Shown piece by piece: positions 1 through 7,750 of a DNA stretch of 39,564 nucleotides. A program made the translations under genes and the position numbers. How positions within the stretch are numbered: the stretch's first letter is position 1; every line of letters starts with the position of its first letter. The notes under the pieces are model-generated. The model saw only the letters and a program-made list of their open reading frames with translations, was not told the origin of the DNA and did no database searches. The DNA comes from a virus (taxonomy: Duplodnaviria; Caudoviricetes): the IMG/VR virus record IMGVR_UViG_3300032212_000058, positions 1 to 39,564 of that record, one strand, 5' to 3'.

Positions 1-113
1 TCCTGGAAGTTGTGATTAATCTCTATTACGTCGGCTCGGATTATTATTGCCAGCAAACGCGATCCTGACTGTTAAGTTAGCAGCAGAAACTGAAATCAAA
101 CTGAAAACTGGAG

Positions 114-119
114 TGATGC
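114..119 (+). repeat. Left copy of 6-bp target-site duplication (TGATGC)
   Basis: The identical hexamer lies immediately outside both termini. Confidence 0.9.
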
Positions 120-228
120 TGAGACCCACCGTGATAACTAGATAGATATTACTGAGATAAGTGGGATGAAAACAAATAAAACGGGATGTTGTGGGATGGT
201 CAGAATAAAAGAGAGTTGCAGAGGATAA
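120..228 (+). repeat. Left end (attL) with putative transposase-binding GATAA motifs
   Basis: TGAG-N9-GATAA (GATAA at 133-137), with further GATAA at 156-160 and 224-228. Mirrors the right end. Confidence 0.75.
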
Positions 229-246
229 AAGCCAAAAAAGCCAAAA

Positions 247-603
247 TTATGTCGGGTCGCTGGTGAACATGTCGGGCTGACGGCGAGCCAAGTCTGATGA
301 GCGAACCGCTTTGATTATCTGATAGGCCCACTGAATAGAGACATTATATTCTGCTGACAATTGTTCTAGGTGTTCAGTAGTCCCATTCCAGCGATTATAG
401 AATTCAAGGTCACGCTCGGTCAGGTCGATGCCCTGGCCTTTCGGGAAGTAGATCAGCTGACCACCCCAGTCTTTGCGCATCATATCAACCAGGGCGCGGG
501 CCAACCGAGCGGCCGCTTCACGATCAAGACCGACCTGCTCAACCGCCAGCGCAGTAGCCTTGTCAGTCAGATCGCGAAGAAGTTCAGGACTGCGGTTTTT
601 CAT
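247..603 (-). CDS. mor: Mor/C-family transcription activator
   Basis: WGGQLIYFPKG motif plus C-terminal HTH (LSAEYNVSIQWAYQII). ATG at 603 overlaps the gemA stop. Confidence 0.88.
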   Translation of the reverse strand: MKNRSPELLRDLTDKATALAVEQVGLDREAAARLARALVDMMRKDWGGQLIYFPKGQGIDLTERDLEFYNRWNGTTEHLEQLSAEYNVSIQWAYQIIKAVRSSDLARRQPDMFTSDPT

Positions 604-1055
604 CGCCAAACCACTCCGCAACGCTTAGCCCATTGCTTGAGAGACTCAACCACTTTGATCGCGACCGGCTTGGGCAGGAATTTCGGATCTTCCCAGCCAG
701 CTTGTTGAGGGTGGAAACGTCGAGTATTTGAGCGCAGCCAGGTGCGTAACGCAGTCGGATCAGACGACTTCACAACGCCAGCATCGACCATAGCAGTCCA
801 TATCCTTGGTATCAACGCAACCAGGTCTTCTGATGCCATCTGAGGCGATTTAGCCTTATTCTTTCTAGGTTTAGGCTTCCAGCCTTTTGAGATAAAATGA
901 GCCAACACACGGCCACGTCCTGCTGCTGACAGGTCTTTCGAACTCCCAGAGCCAACCTTTCCTACTTCACGGATCACCTGGCGATAGGTATCCTCGTCCA
1001 GACCAAGGTCTTTACATGCAATGTGGATTTTAGCGAGTTCTGTTTGCCGAGTCAT
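600..1055 (-). CDS. gemA: GemA / Mu gp16 (DUF1018) family protein
   Basis: LAKIHIA..LGLDEDTYR...G..SSKDL N-terminus and VVESLKQW C-terminus; adjacent to mor. Confidence 0.88.
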   Translation of the reverse strand: MTRQTELAKIHIACKDLGLDEDTYRQVIREVGKVGSGSSKDLSAAGRGRVLAHFISKGWKPKPRKNKAKSPQMASEDLVALIPRIWTAMVDAGVVKSSDPTALRTWLRSNTRRFHPQQAGWEDPKFLPKPVAIKVVESLKQWAKRCGVVWR

Positions 1056-2026
1056 AAAGCCCCCTCCACCAAACTCTCAAGTGGACTTTTCACGCTTGCA
1101 GCACCATTTGCAGCGACATGAGTATAAATTTGTGTAGTCGATATATTGGCATGACCAAGTAGTTTTTGGATTGTCCTGATATCAATGCCACTTTCTAATA
1201 GATGAGTGGCGAATGAATGACGGAGGATATGAGCGCCAACACGCTTAGTGATATTTGAAGTTCTGGCGGCTGTTTTGAGGGCTTTGCTGACTGCAGTTTC
1301 GTGAAGATGGTGTCGGCGCATAACTCCAGTGCGTGGGCACGCGCCAATAGTGGTTGACTGAAATAAAAACTGCCACCCTGGTTCTTTTGCGGCATTCGGA
1401 AATTTACGCTCAATTGCATTTGGTAGATATACCTCACCAAATCCATTATCAATGTCATGCTGATGTGTAGTCAGAGCAATATCGCGCTGCAACCGCATCT
1501 TACTCTCTAGTGATTCAGGCAACATCACTGCGCGATCTTTATCACCCTTTCCATGCCTAATAGTAATGATGTGTCGATCAAAATCGACATCCTGAATACG
1601 CAACGACAGAGCTTCGTTCAAACGCAGGCCTGAACCATATAATAGAGATGCTATTAGCTGTGTCATTCCAGACATTTTCTTCAAAAGTTCTGTGACTTCG
1701 TGCTGTGATAGAACTGTGGGCAACCGTTTTGGGGCAGTTGCAGGTCTGAATTGACCTATATCACCAACATCGATATTGAGTACTTGGCGATAAAAGAATA
1801 CCAAGGCATTCAAAGCCTGGTGCTGTGTAGACTTTGATACATGACGATCAACGGCTAGATGAGAAAGAAAGTCGCGCAACTTATCTGAATGACTTCCTTT
1901 GTCGTGACCCACACACCAACGACCATACCGACTAATCCAGTGCGTATAGGATTTTTCTGTCTTATATGACAGATGCCTGAATCGAGCAACATGCCTTGCT
2001 CGTAAAATCGCATCTTCGAGTCTCAT
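1052..2026 (-). CDS. intI: Integron integrase (tyrosine recombinase with IntI-specific insertion)
   Basis: N-terminal RFRHLSYKTEKSYTHWI and STQHQALNALVFFY. Catalytic motifs GSGLRLNE, GKGDKDR, HILRHSFATH, LLGH, TTQIYTH. Integron-specific patch GFGEVYLPNAIERKFPNAAKEPGWQFLF...RRHH. Confidence 0.95.
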   Translation of the reverse strand: MRLEDAILRARHVARFRHLSYKTEKSYTHWISRYGRWCVGHDKGSHSDKLRDFLSHLAVDRHVSKSTQHQALNALVFFYRQVLNIDVGDIGQFRPATAPKRLPTVLSQHEVTELLKKMSGMTQLIASLLYGSGLRLNEALSLRIQDVDFDRHIITIRHGKGDKDRAVMLPESLESKMRLQRDIALTTHQHDIDNGFGEVYLPNAIERKFPNAAKEPGWQFLFQSTTIGACPRTGVMRRHHLHETAVSKALKTAARTSNITKRVGAHILRHSFATHLLESGIDIRTIQKLLGHANISTTQIYTHVAANGAASVKSPLESLVEGAL

Positions 2027-2062
2027 CTATAGTAGCCTCGTTCCGATTAATATCTGTTAGGC
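2027..2062 (+). other. Putative compact attI site (crossover G|TT at 2056/2057, core GTTAGGC)
   Basis: A GTTRRRY core lies 30 bp from the intI start, at the canonical position, and is the exact complement of the GCCTAAC of the following attC. Also contains the intI RBS (GAGG on - strand). Confidence 0.65.
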
Positions 2063-2251
2063 ACCAATACGGACGCCCTGTTTTTTCAACTCTTCGATTT
2101 TCGCGTCACGCTCTTCCTTTGTATCAAAGAACAAAGGGCCGTTATTATCTCCGGCATTCATCCATTCACCTTCGAATTTAACTTTGATCCCGAAAACCTC
2201 TTTCATTTGTTTGGTATTAAACCAGGTTGATGGCTTTATGAATTTACTCAT
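2057..2251 (-). CDS. Cassette-encoded hypothetical protein (64 aa, MSKFIKPSTWF...)
   Basis: ATG at 2251 preceded by a GGAG RBS; the TAA stop lies within the core site. Confidence 0.75.
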   Translation of the reverse strand: MSKFIKPSTWFNTKQMKEVFGIKVKFEGEWMNAGDNNGPLFFDTKEERDAKIEELKKQGVRIGA

Positions 2252-2351
2252 AATCGTGGCTCCGTTCGTGCCTAACAAAATTTTTCAATCCGACTCATTC
2301 CGCGCCGGGCGTTCTTTTCCTGCACCTGAGTGGCGCGGCTTAAAAATGACG
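2057..2351 (+). mobile_element. Integron gene cassette (295 bp) with inverted ORF
   Basis: Bounded by G|TTAGGC and the attC G|TTAGCC. The circular form would have perfectly complementary GCCTAAC/GTTAGGC R boxes. Confidence 0.8.
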
Positions 2352-2357
2352 TTAGCC
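2270..2357 (+). other. attC recombination site (88 bp)
   Basis: R'' GCCTAAC (2270-2276) and R' GTTAGCC (2351-2357). L'' TTTTT[C]AATCCG pairs with L' CGGCTTAAAAA (one mismatch), with extrahelical C at 2286. TTCAAnCCGAC...GCGCGGCTTAA resembles classical attC arms. Confidence 0.85.
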
Positions 2358-2714
2358 ACAAAACTTCGGACCAAACCACTTCACAGAAATATACAAAGCA
2401 CTACGCTTCCATCGTGATACTCCCAGCACACCCATCGCTTCGTAGAATATTTTGTGGACTTCAACGCTTGATCTATCTTTGACCACACAAAGATAATCGT
2501 GCACCACCGCGGCTTTGCCGTATTTTCCCCACGGTGGTAACAACAACCAAAACGCTCTTGGGACGCTGGCAAAATCTGTTCTAAACCCAACAGGAACCGC
2601 GACCACATCATTGCTCGGATAGTCCCCGACGTGATAATGAAACGTTTGCATCAACCGCCATTCACGGCCATTGTTCAGTGGAGTAAGAATTAATTCGTCT
2701 GTGAATGTACTCAT
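2352..2714 (-). CDS. DUF1353-family phage protein
   Basis: VPVGFRTDFASVP...YGKAAVVHDYL...F.EAM..LGV motif. Confidence 0.8.
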   Translation of the reverse strand: MSTFTDELILTPLNNGREWRLMQTFHYHVGDYPSNDVVAVPVGFRTDFASVPRAFWLLLPPWGKYGKAAVVHDYLCVVKDRSSVEVHKIFYEAMGVLGVSRWKRSALYISVKWFGPKFCG

Positions 2715-2716
2715 AA

Positions 2717-2944
2717 TTACTTTCCATCTCTTTTATAAACTGTTATCAAGCACTTGTTTTTGACCACAGCAGTGAACCTGTTTTGGATGGTATAGACACC
2801 ATCGCCAAGTTCTTCTATCGCAGTGGAAATCCGTTCTGACAGCATTTCCTGTTTAATCATCTCAACGTCCAGGCCTCGACAACGTTCAAGGTAACGAACC
2901 AGCGCATGATCTGTGATTTTTAGAGATGTCTTAGTATCAGACAT
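2717..2944 (-). CDS. Hypothetical phage protein (ITDHALVRYLER motif)
   Basis: Tightly packed ORF in the early operon. Confidence 0.7.
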   Translation of the reverse strand: MSDTKTSLKITDHALVRYLERCRGLDVEMIKQEMLSERISTAIEELGDGVYTIQNRFTAVVKNKCLITVYKRDGK

Positions 2945-2972
2945 CAATCTTCACCCAGATCGGATCTGGTTC

Positions 2973-3668
2973 TCATGACAGTAGCTGCTCCAGTTTGTTA
3001 GTTGATTGCGACATATTGCCAGCCATAGACTTAACCAAAGCCACTTGGCGCTGGATCTGATCCTGAACTGATTTAGGCAGCAAGCGAGGGCCAAACTGCT
3101 GCTGTAGCGCAGCTATCTGGGCCGCATACTGTTCAGGATCATCCAGGATCTCCTGCAGCGATTTTGTCACTGCCGCCATCTTCGCTTCTGGGCTTAATAT
3201 CAAGTCTTCAACGGGCGTTTCTTTTACACGTTTAACACTGATATTTTTTCGAATCTCGCTATTGCCATCCTGTAGATCCAGCGCAAGCTGTTGCACTGCA
3301 TCCACCAGGCTGCATTTGCTTAGGCGAGCAGCTTTCTGGAGAGAGAAAAGCCCCCGAGAAACCAGTTCTTGATAAACTTCTTTTATTTCTGATTCATCAG
3401 CAATAATCCAATATCCACGGCTGCTACTGCTCATCACTGGAATGTCGTACACAGCGATCAAAACATTGATCAGGTCGCGCATCTTACGACTCAGCGTAGG
3501 AACGTCATCAATGATCTTTCCCTCACTATCACGGCGCAGCGCTTCACCAGACCATTGCTCATAGAGATCCCACATGTGAATGGCTTTGTGTTTACCTGGG
3601 TGCTTGCGTAAAATATCCAGCAAGCGCCTCAGATCCTTATTTAGTAATTCCTCATTATGTTTTTCCAT
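2973..3668 (-). CDS. Hypothetical protein, probable N-terminal winged HTH
   Basis: RKMRDLINVL...IPVMSSSSRGYWI resembles a wHTH wing; GGAG RBS upstream of MEKH. Confidence 0.65.
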   Translation of the reverse strand: MEKHNEELLNKDLRRLLDILRKHPGKHKAIHMWDLYEQWSGEALRRDSEGKIIDDVPTLSRKMRDLINVLIAVYDIPVMSSSSRGYWIIADESEIKEVYQELVSRGLFSLQKAARLSKCSLVDAVQQLALDLQDGNSEIRKNISVKRVKETPVEDLILSPEAKMAAVTKSLQEILDDPEQYAAQIAALQQQFGPRLLPKSVQDQIQRQVALVKSMAGNMSQSTNKLEQLLS

Positions 3669-4191
3669 TATCGCCTCCGGGTCTGAAACCAATTTCTTTC
3701 ATATGCCGATCAAATAACTCCTGACCGGATGGTTCATCTGGCGATGGCTTTGGCTGGGTCTTTTGTCCAGTCCGTAATTGTTGTTCTCGTTTCTGTTCGG
3801 CTTTTCCCTGATTTTTACTCGCGATTCCCGCGATGATCTCCAACAAATAACCATGCCCCTTCAATGGCAGAAGCAAGGTGCTTCGATTATTGTTGACCTG
3901 ATCCAGCGCCTCACGCCAATATTCGATTGGCGCTGGCCAGGTAACCCCTTTACGTGTGATCTCAGCAGTGCTGATCATCTCACTCAGCTCTTCCAGGATA
4001 GATGCCAGCTTATCCATGCTGATAGCTCGTTTACCTGGCGTAAACAGTCCCAAATAACCGATGATCCGATCGGCCAACGATGGCGCAATTTGGAGTGCTG
4101 ATAAAAGCGCCTGCCGCGCTCTGGCGTCATTCAACGCCAGAGGCAGCGGGAATTTGGCACCGCAATCAGGGCATACGCCAGGCAGGCTCAT
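3655..4191 (-). CDS. Conserved Mu-like phage early protein with N-terminal CxxC
   Basis: CPDCGA, YLGLFTP and LPLKGHGYLLEI motifs typical of transposable-phage early genes. Confidence 0.75.
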   Translation of the reverse strand: MSLPGVCPDCGAKFPLPLALNDARARQALLSALQIAPSLADRIIGYLGLFTPGKRAISMDKLASILEELSEMISTAEITRKGVTWPAPIEYWREALDQVNNNRSTLLLPLKGHGYLLEIIAGIASKNQGKAEQKREQQLRTGQKTQPKPSPDEPSGQELFDRHMKEIGFRPGGDNGKT

Positions 4192-4385
4192 TTAAAGACA
4201 ATCCGTTTGATTGTTGTTGACTCTTCATACCAGTGACGTGGCAAAACCCTTTCTGGCCGTTTATTGTTGGTGCCAGACGACATATCAAGGTCATCAGCAG
4301 TATTCTCAAGGGTGTGAGCCATTAGCTCGCCAACGGTCAGCAGGCGATTCAGGTGGTGTCGATCTATGTAAACCTTGTTAGCCAT
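4188..4385 (-). CDS. Hypothetical protein
   Basis: AAGGAG RBS; ATGA coupling to the next gene. Confidence 0.7.
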   Translation of the reverse strand: MANKVYIDRHHLNRLLTVGELMAHTLENTADDLDMSSGTNNKRPERVLPRHWYEESTTIKRIVFK

Positions 4386-4394
4386 AATGTCTCC

Positions 4395-4682
4395 TTATGA
4401 CGCCATCAAGGCGGCAGTATCAGCACCCCATTTAACATCGCAGCCTTCGAAATGGGTTGCCCTAACCTCGACACGCTTGCCACCAACACTGGATGAATAA
4501 TTCAAACCACTACCAATGCGATTGAGAGAATCATGTGGTTGCACAATAATGGTCGGCGATCGTCCACAAACAACAACCGCCAATACAGTCACACCCATCG
4601 CAGCTAAGCGTTCAGTTGCCTGATCTGCCGTGCGCATGCGATCCAAAACAATCTTGTTTTGAGTTGAATGATTTTGCATCAC
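4395..4682 (-). CDS. Hypothetical phage protein
   Basis: Overlaps the ATPase stop and ends ...FEGCDVKWG. Confidence 0.7.
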   Translation of the reverse strand: MMQNHSTQNKIVLDRMRTADQATERLAAMGVTVLAVVVCGRSPTIIVQPHDSLNRIGSGLNYSSSVGGKRVEVRATHFEGCDVKWGADTAALMAS

Positions 4683-5950
4683 ACACTCTCCAATATTTCT
4701 GCACTGACTTTAGGCGCACCGAACGATGCCGCCATGTTCATAGCCTTTGTCACCGTGATATTGACGACCAATGGATACAGCATGCTGATAGGTTGGCTGT
4801 GGCCACGTTTTTGCACCATCAAACGACGACGAATAGCATCAAAGGCATCCGGCTCAAAAATATCGTTCAGATGTTTGCTCATACGCTTAAGCTTTAATGT
4901 TAAATAGGCTTCCAGGTTGCCATTAAGAGGCTCAAGCTCAGCCACTTCGCAACGACGAATCACCTCACGCGCCTCCCAGTTCTGTCGCTCATCTAGTGAT
5001 GATTTTAATTCAGGCTGTCCAATAAGAATGATTGATAACAACTTGCGGAAGCCGTCCTCCAGCTCCCAAAAACGCTTTAGATATTTCAGCGTTTGCACAG
5101 ACAAATCATGCGCCTCTTCAATCATCAAAACATGAGCCGCCCCATCACGGGATGCATTGGTCAACAGGCGCAGAATCTGACGAGACTTGGCCTCCTGTGA
5201 GCGCTTGGGGGACTCTTTTGATATGTCACAAATGATTGCATCGCATATCGCGCCCGCCGTCAGTCGTCCCTTGTCGATGATTTGTGGTTGGATGATGACA
5301 ATGTCGGCATTTTCTTTTTGTACGCGATCGATCAGGTCACGACGCAACGTGGTCTTGCCCGCGCCTGACTCACCAATCACCGCCAGAAAGCCACCATGCT
5401 TGGCAGTCTGATACATGGCTTCTCTAATGTAACGTTGATCAGAATCCAAAAACACATCGTCAGCATTTTGAACGTCATCAGTGAATGGGTCACGAAACAA
5501 ACCAAAGTGTTTTTTGGCGGCAGGTGTTAGCATTTCAGTCTCCGGTATAGTAGTTTCTCGTACAGGTTCAGGGGTGGATGGATTGGTATGACCGGCGCGT
5601 TCGTAATTTTTCATTACTCCGTCTTCCAGCTCATTCCATAGATTGCTTAATTCAAATTTTGTAAGGCCTCTTTTTTTTAAAAACGCCTCAGTTTGTTTTT
5701 TGATTGTCGCTGGCTTGGTGCTGCGTGGCCACGTACCGTAATTCAACAACAGAGAGGCGGCAGGTTCACTCAGGCCGTTGCCCTTTCCGCGGCCTCCTTC
5801 TTGAACAATGGCTGATGCCCATTCGGATTGGGTAATGCTGTTATCTACAAGCACCATCTTGAGACGGATAGGCATATAACGGGCTTCCTTATTTTTATTG
5901 ATGGCAATTTGTGGCACTCTTTTTTCTGACATGATCATGGCGGTGGACAT
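4679..5950 (-). CDS. Transposition AAA+ ATPase (MuB-equivalent, ExeA-like)
   Basis: Walker A GESGAGKT and Walker B VLMIEEAH, LIGQPEL motif; directly downstream of the transposase. Confidence 0.92.
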   Translation of the reverse strand: MSTAMIMSEKRVPQIAINKNKEARYMPIRLKMVLVDNSITQSEWASAIVQEGGRGKGNGLSEPAASLLLNYGTWPRSTKPATIKKQTEAFLKKRGLTKFELSNLWNELEDGVMKNYERAGHTNPSTPEPVRETTIPETEMLTPAAKKHFGLFRDPFTDDVQNADDVFLDSDQRYIREAMYQTAKHGGFLAVIGESGAGKTTLRRDLIDRVQKENADIVIIQPQIIDKGRLTAGAICDAIICDISKESPKRSQEAKSRQILRLLTNASRDGAAHVLMIEEAHDLSVQTLKYLKRFWELEDGFRKLLSIILIGQPELKSSLDERQNWEAREVIRRCEVAELEPLNGNLEAYLTLKLKRMSKHLNDIFEPDAFDAIRRRLMVQKRGHSQPISMLYPLVVNITVTKAMNMAASFGAPKVSAEILESV

Positions 5951-5963
5951 AAATTTTCTCCTG

Positions 5964-7733
5964 TTATTTCACTACGCTTAATCCAATAGATTTAGATCCT
6001 ATGGTTGTGGGTTGAGGGCTGGTGATCTGCATCACCAACGTGTTGAACGCTTCATTGGGCACACCGTCTGGGTACAACTTCTGAACCAGGGCGTAATAAT
6101 TAATTCCTTCGGGGGGGTGGCCTAATTCAACCACCAGTCGCTTGCATGCCTCAGTGATAGTCATAGGTTTCACTTCAACAGCGGCATGATCCGGCACATC
6201 CATTTCGGTGCCTTTGCGTTGCATATAAACAGTGCTGGTTTCATCTTTCATGTAGCTGATAGGGTCCACTTCACCATTGAAGGCTGGGCGTTTTTCATTG
6301 CGCGCTTTATCAACTTCCAATTGCGTCTCAGCACCATAGGCATCCTTCGCCATCTGCTTGCGGTTTTGGTCGGCATCGGTGTCGGGTGTAGTCTTATAAC
6401 TTTCACCGTACACCGGCGCATCTAACAGAAATCCCGCCACGTCTCGGCCCAGTGGCTCGCATTCGTAGTGGCGCTCGGTGCCATCCGCGTCATGCATAAC
6501 TACATAGATGCTCGGCGCTTTATAGGGATTGACACAGACATCCACGTATTCACCGACGCGAATATCGGGCACATGGGCCACGCTGTATTGCGCTGGGTCA
6601 AAACCTTTAACCGTGAATTGCACCACCAGGCTGCCACGCACCTGGCGCGACTCAGGCCGCGTGCGCAATAGCAGCTCGCATAATTCCCTTGGTGGACAGA
6701 TGCGCAGCTGATCCGCACGCACCGATTGCCACAGGCCATAACGGGTATGGCCGTGGCGTGAATGGTTGAACGTGCCGTTGAAATGGCGCATCCATATATG
6801 CGCCTGCTCGTTGAGCTGTTCGACAGACTGAATGTTCATCATGAACAGCCGTCCCTCGAATTTGCACTCCACAATATTGTGGCCGTTTTCCACCTGGCCC
6901 TTGCCGCGCGGATTGCCGGGCGTATGGGCAATGTGCTTGCAATCCAGGCGGTCAAGCAGATTTTTTATTAATGCAGACTGGTTGGCGCTGCCCGCATCCC
7001 AAACCATGATGAACGGCACCCCGTGCAATGGGTCTTGCTCATGGCTGCGCTGATGGAAGGCATCCATCAAAAAACTAAACAGAATCTCCTGCGTTTCACC
7101 CGAGCCCATGTAGTAATGCACATAGAGCGCACCGGTATAGTGATCAGTGATCAGATAGCGCAACACTCGCTGCTTGCTGATCTTGGCAACGTTCTCAGGC
7201 TTGTTCTTATAAAACCGCTTCTCATCCATCACCCCCAGGCCGCCTTTATCTAAATAGAATAGAACGCACACCGACACATCGAACTGCCAGACGTGATTGG
7301 GGTGCAGGCTGCGCATCTCCGTGTGAGGTGATGGTTTAGTAATCTGGTCGGGATGTAACCCACGCTGACGCATAATGCGCAGTGCGGTGCTGGGCGAAAC
7401 AGTAGTACTGATCATGTTATTGGCCCGGGCAATTTGCATTGCATCATCCACGCCCAACAGACGCTTGCCGTTCTGCCGGTACGATTCAACCATCAATGTT
7501 GCGATGGTCCTGGCATCCTTATCACTCAAACGGCTGTCGCCTTTGTCGGCGCGAATCTTTTTACCGGAGCAATACCCGGCATTGAGTAACTGCCGGTAAA
7601 CACCCTGCCTGGTCGTACTCAAAAACGTGGCTGCGCCATCGATCAACACGCCTTTTTCGCCATGCCCGGCCGCCTCCAGCCGGGCGACCAGATCGCGCAG
7701 GTAATCGAGCGTTCCTATTTCGGCAGCATGCAT
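5964..7733 (-). CDS. DDE transposase (MuA-equivalent, integrase-core type)
   Basis: HPNHVWQFDVS, VWDAGSAN and PRGKGQVE give the D-D-E triad; paired with the ATPase. Confidence 0.92.
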   Translation of the reverse strand: MHAAEIGTLDYLRDLVARLEAAGHGEKGVLIDGAATFLSTTRQGVYRQLLNAGYCSGKKIRADKGDSRLSDKDARTIATLMVESYRQNGKRLLGVDDAMQIARANNMISTTVSPSTALRIMRQRGLHPDQITKPSPHTEMRSLHPNHVWQFDVSVCVLFYLDKGGLGVMDEKRFYKNKPENVAKISKQRVLRYLITDHYTGALYVHYYMGSGETQEILFSFLMDAFHQRSHEQDPLHGVPFIMVWDAGSANQSALIKNLLDRLDCKHIAHTPGNPRGKGQVENGHNIVECKFEGRLFMMNIQSVEQLNEQAHIWMRHFNGTFNHSRHGHTRYGLWQSVRADQLRICPPRELCELLLRTRPESRQVRGSLVVQFTVKGFDPAQYSVAHVPDIRVGEYVDVCVNPYKAPSIYVVMHDADGTERHYECEPLGRDVAGFLLDAPVYGESYKTTPDTDADQNRKQMAKDAYGAETQLEVDKARNEKRPAFNGEVDPISYMKDETSTVYMQRKGTEMDVPDHAAVEVKPMTITEACKRLVVELGHPPEGINYYALVQKLYPDGVPNEAFNTLVMQITSPQPTTIGSKSIGLSVVK

Positions 7734-7750
7734 GACAGGTCCATTCCTAT

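Noticed and set aside
1-113. Host gene or tRNA at the insertion site
   Set aside because: The flanks (1-113 and 39444-39564) are too short and show no recognisable feature.
160-247. GGGATG x3 and AAAAGCCAAAA x2 as a CRISPR or other repeat array
   Set aside because: Too short and irregular, with no cas genes; more likely part of the left-end binding region.
1052-2026. Tyrosine recombinase as the prophage's own integrase or an invertase
   Set aside because: The TG...CA ends with a TSD show DDE transposition. The protein has the IntI-specific patch and an adjacent attC, and no invertible tail-fibre segment is evident.
2714-4700. Further cassettes among the small early ORFs
   Set aside because: The genes abut or overlap with no room for attC sites, and I saw no RYYYAAC...GTTRRRY hairpins by eye.
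4679-5950. Type II secretion ATPase ExeA
   Set aside because: Its position next to the DDE transposase indicates the MuB-equivalent; there are no secretion genes.
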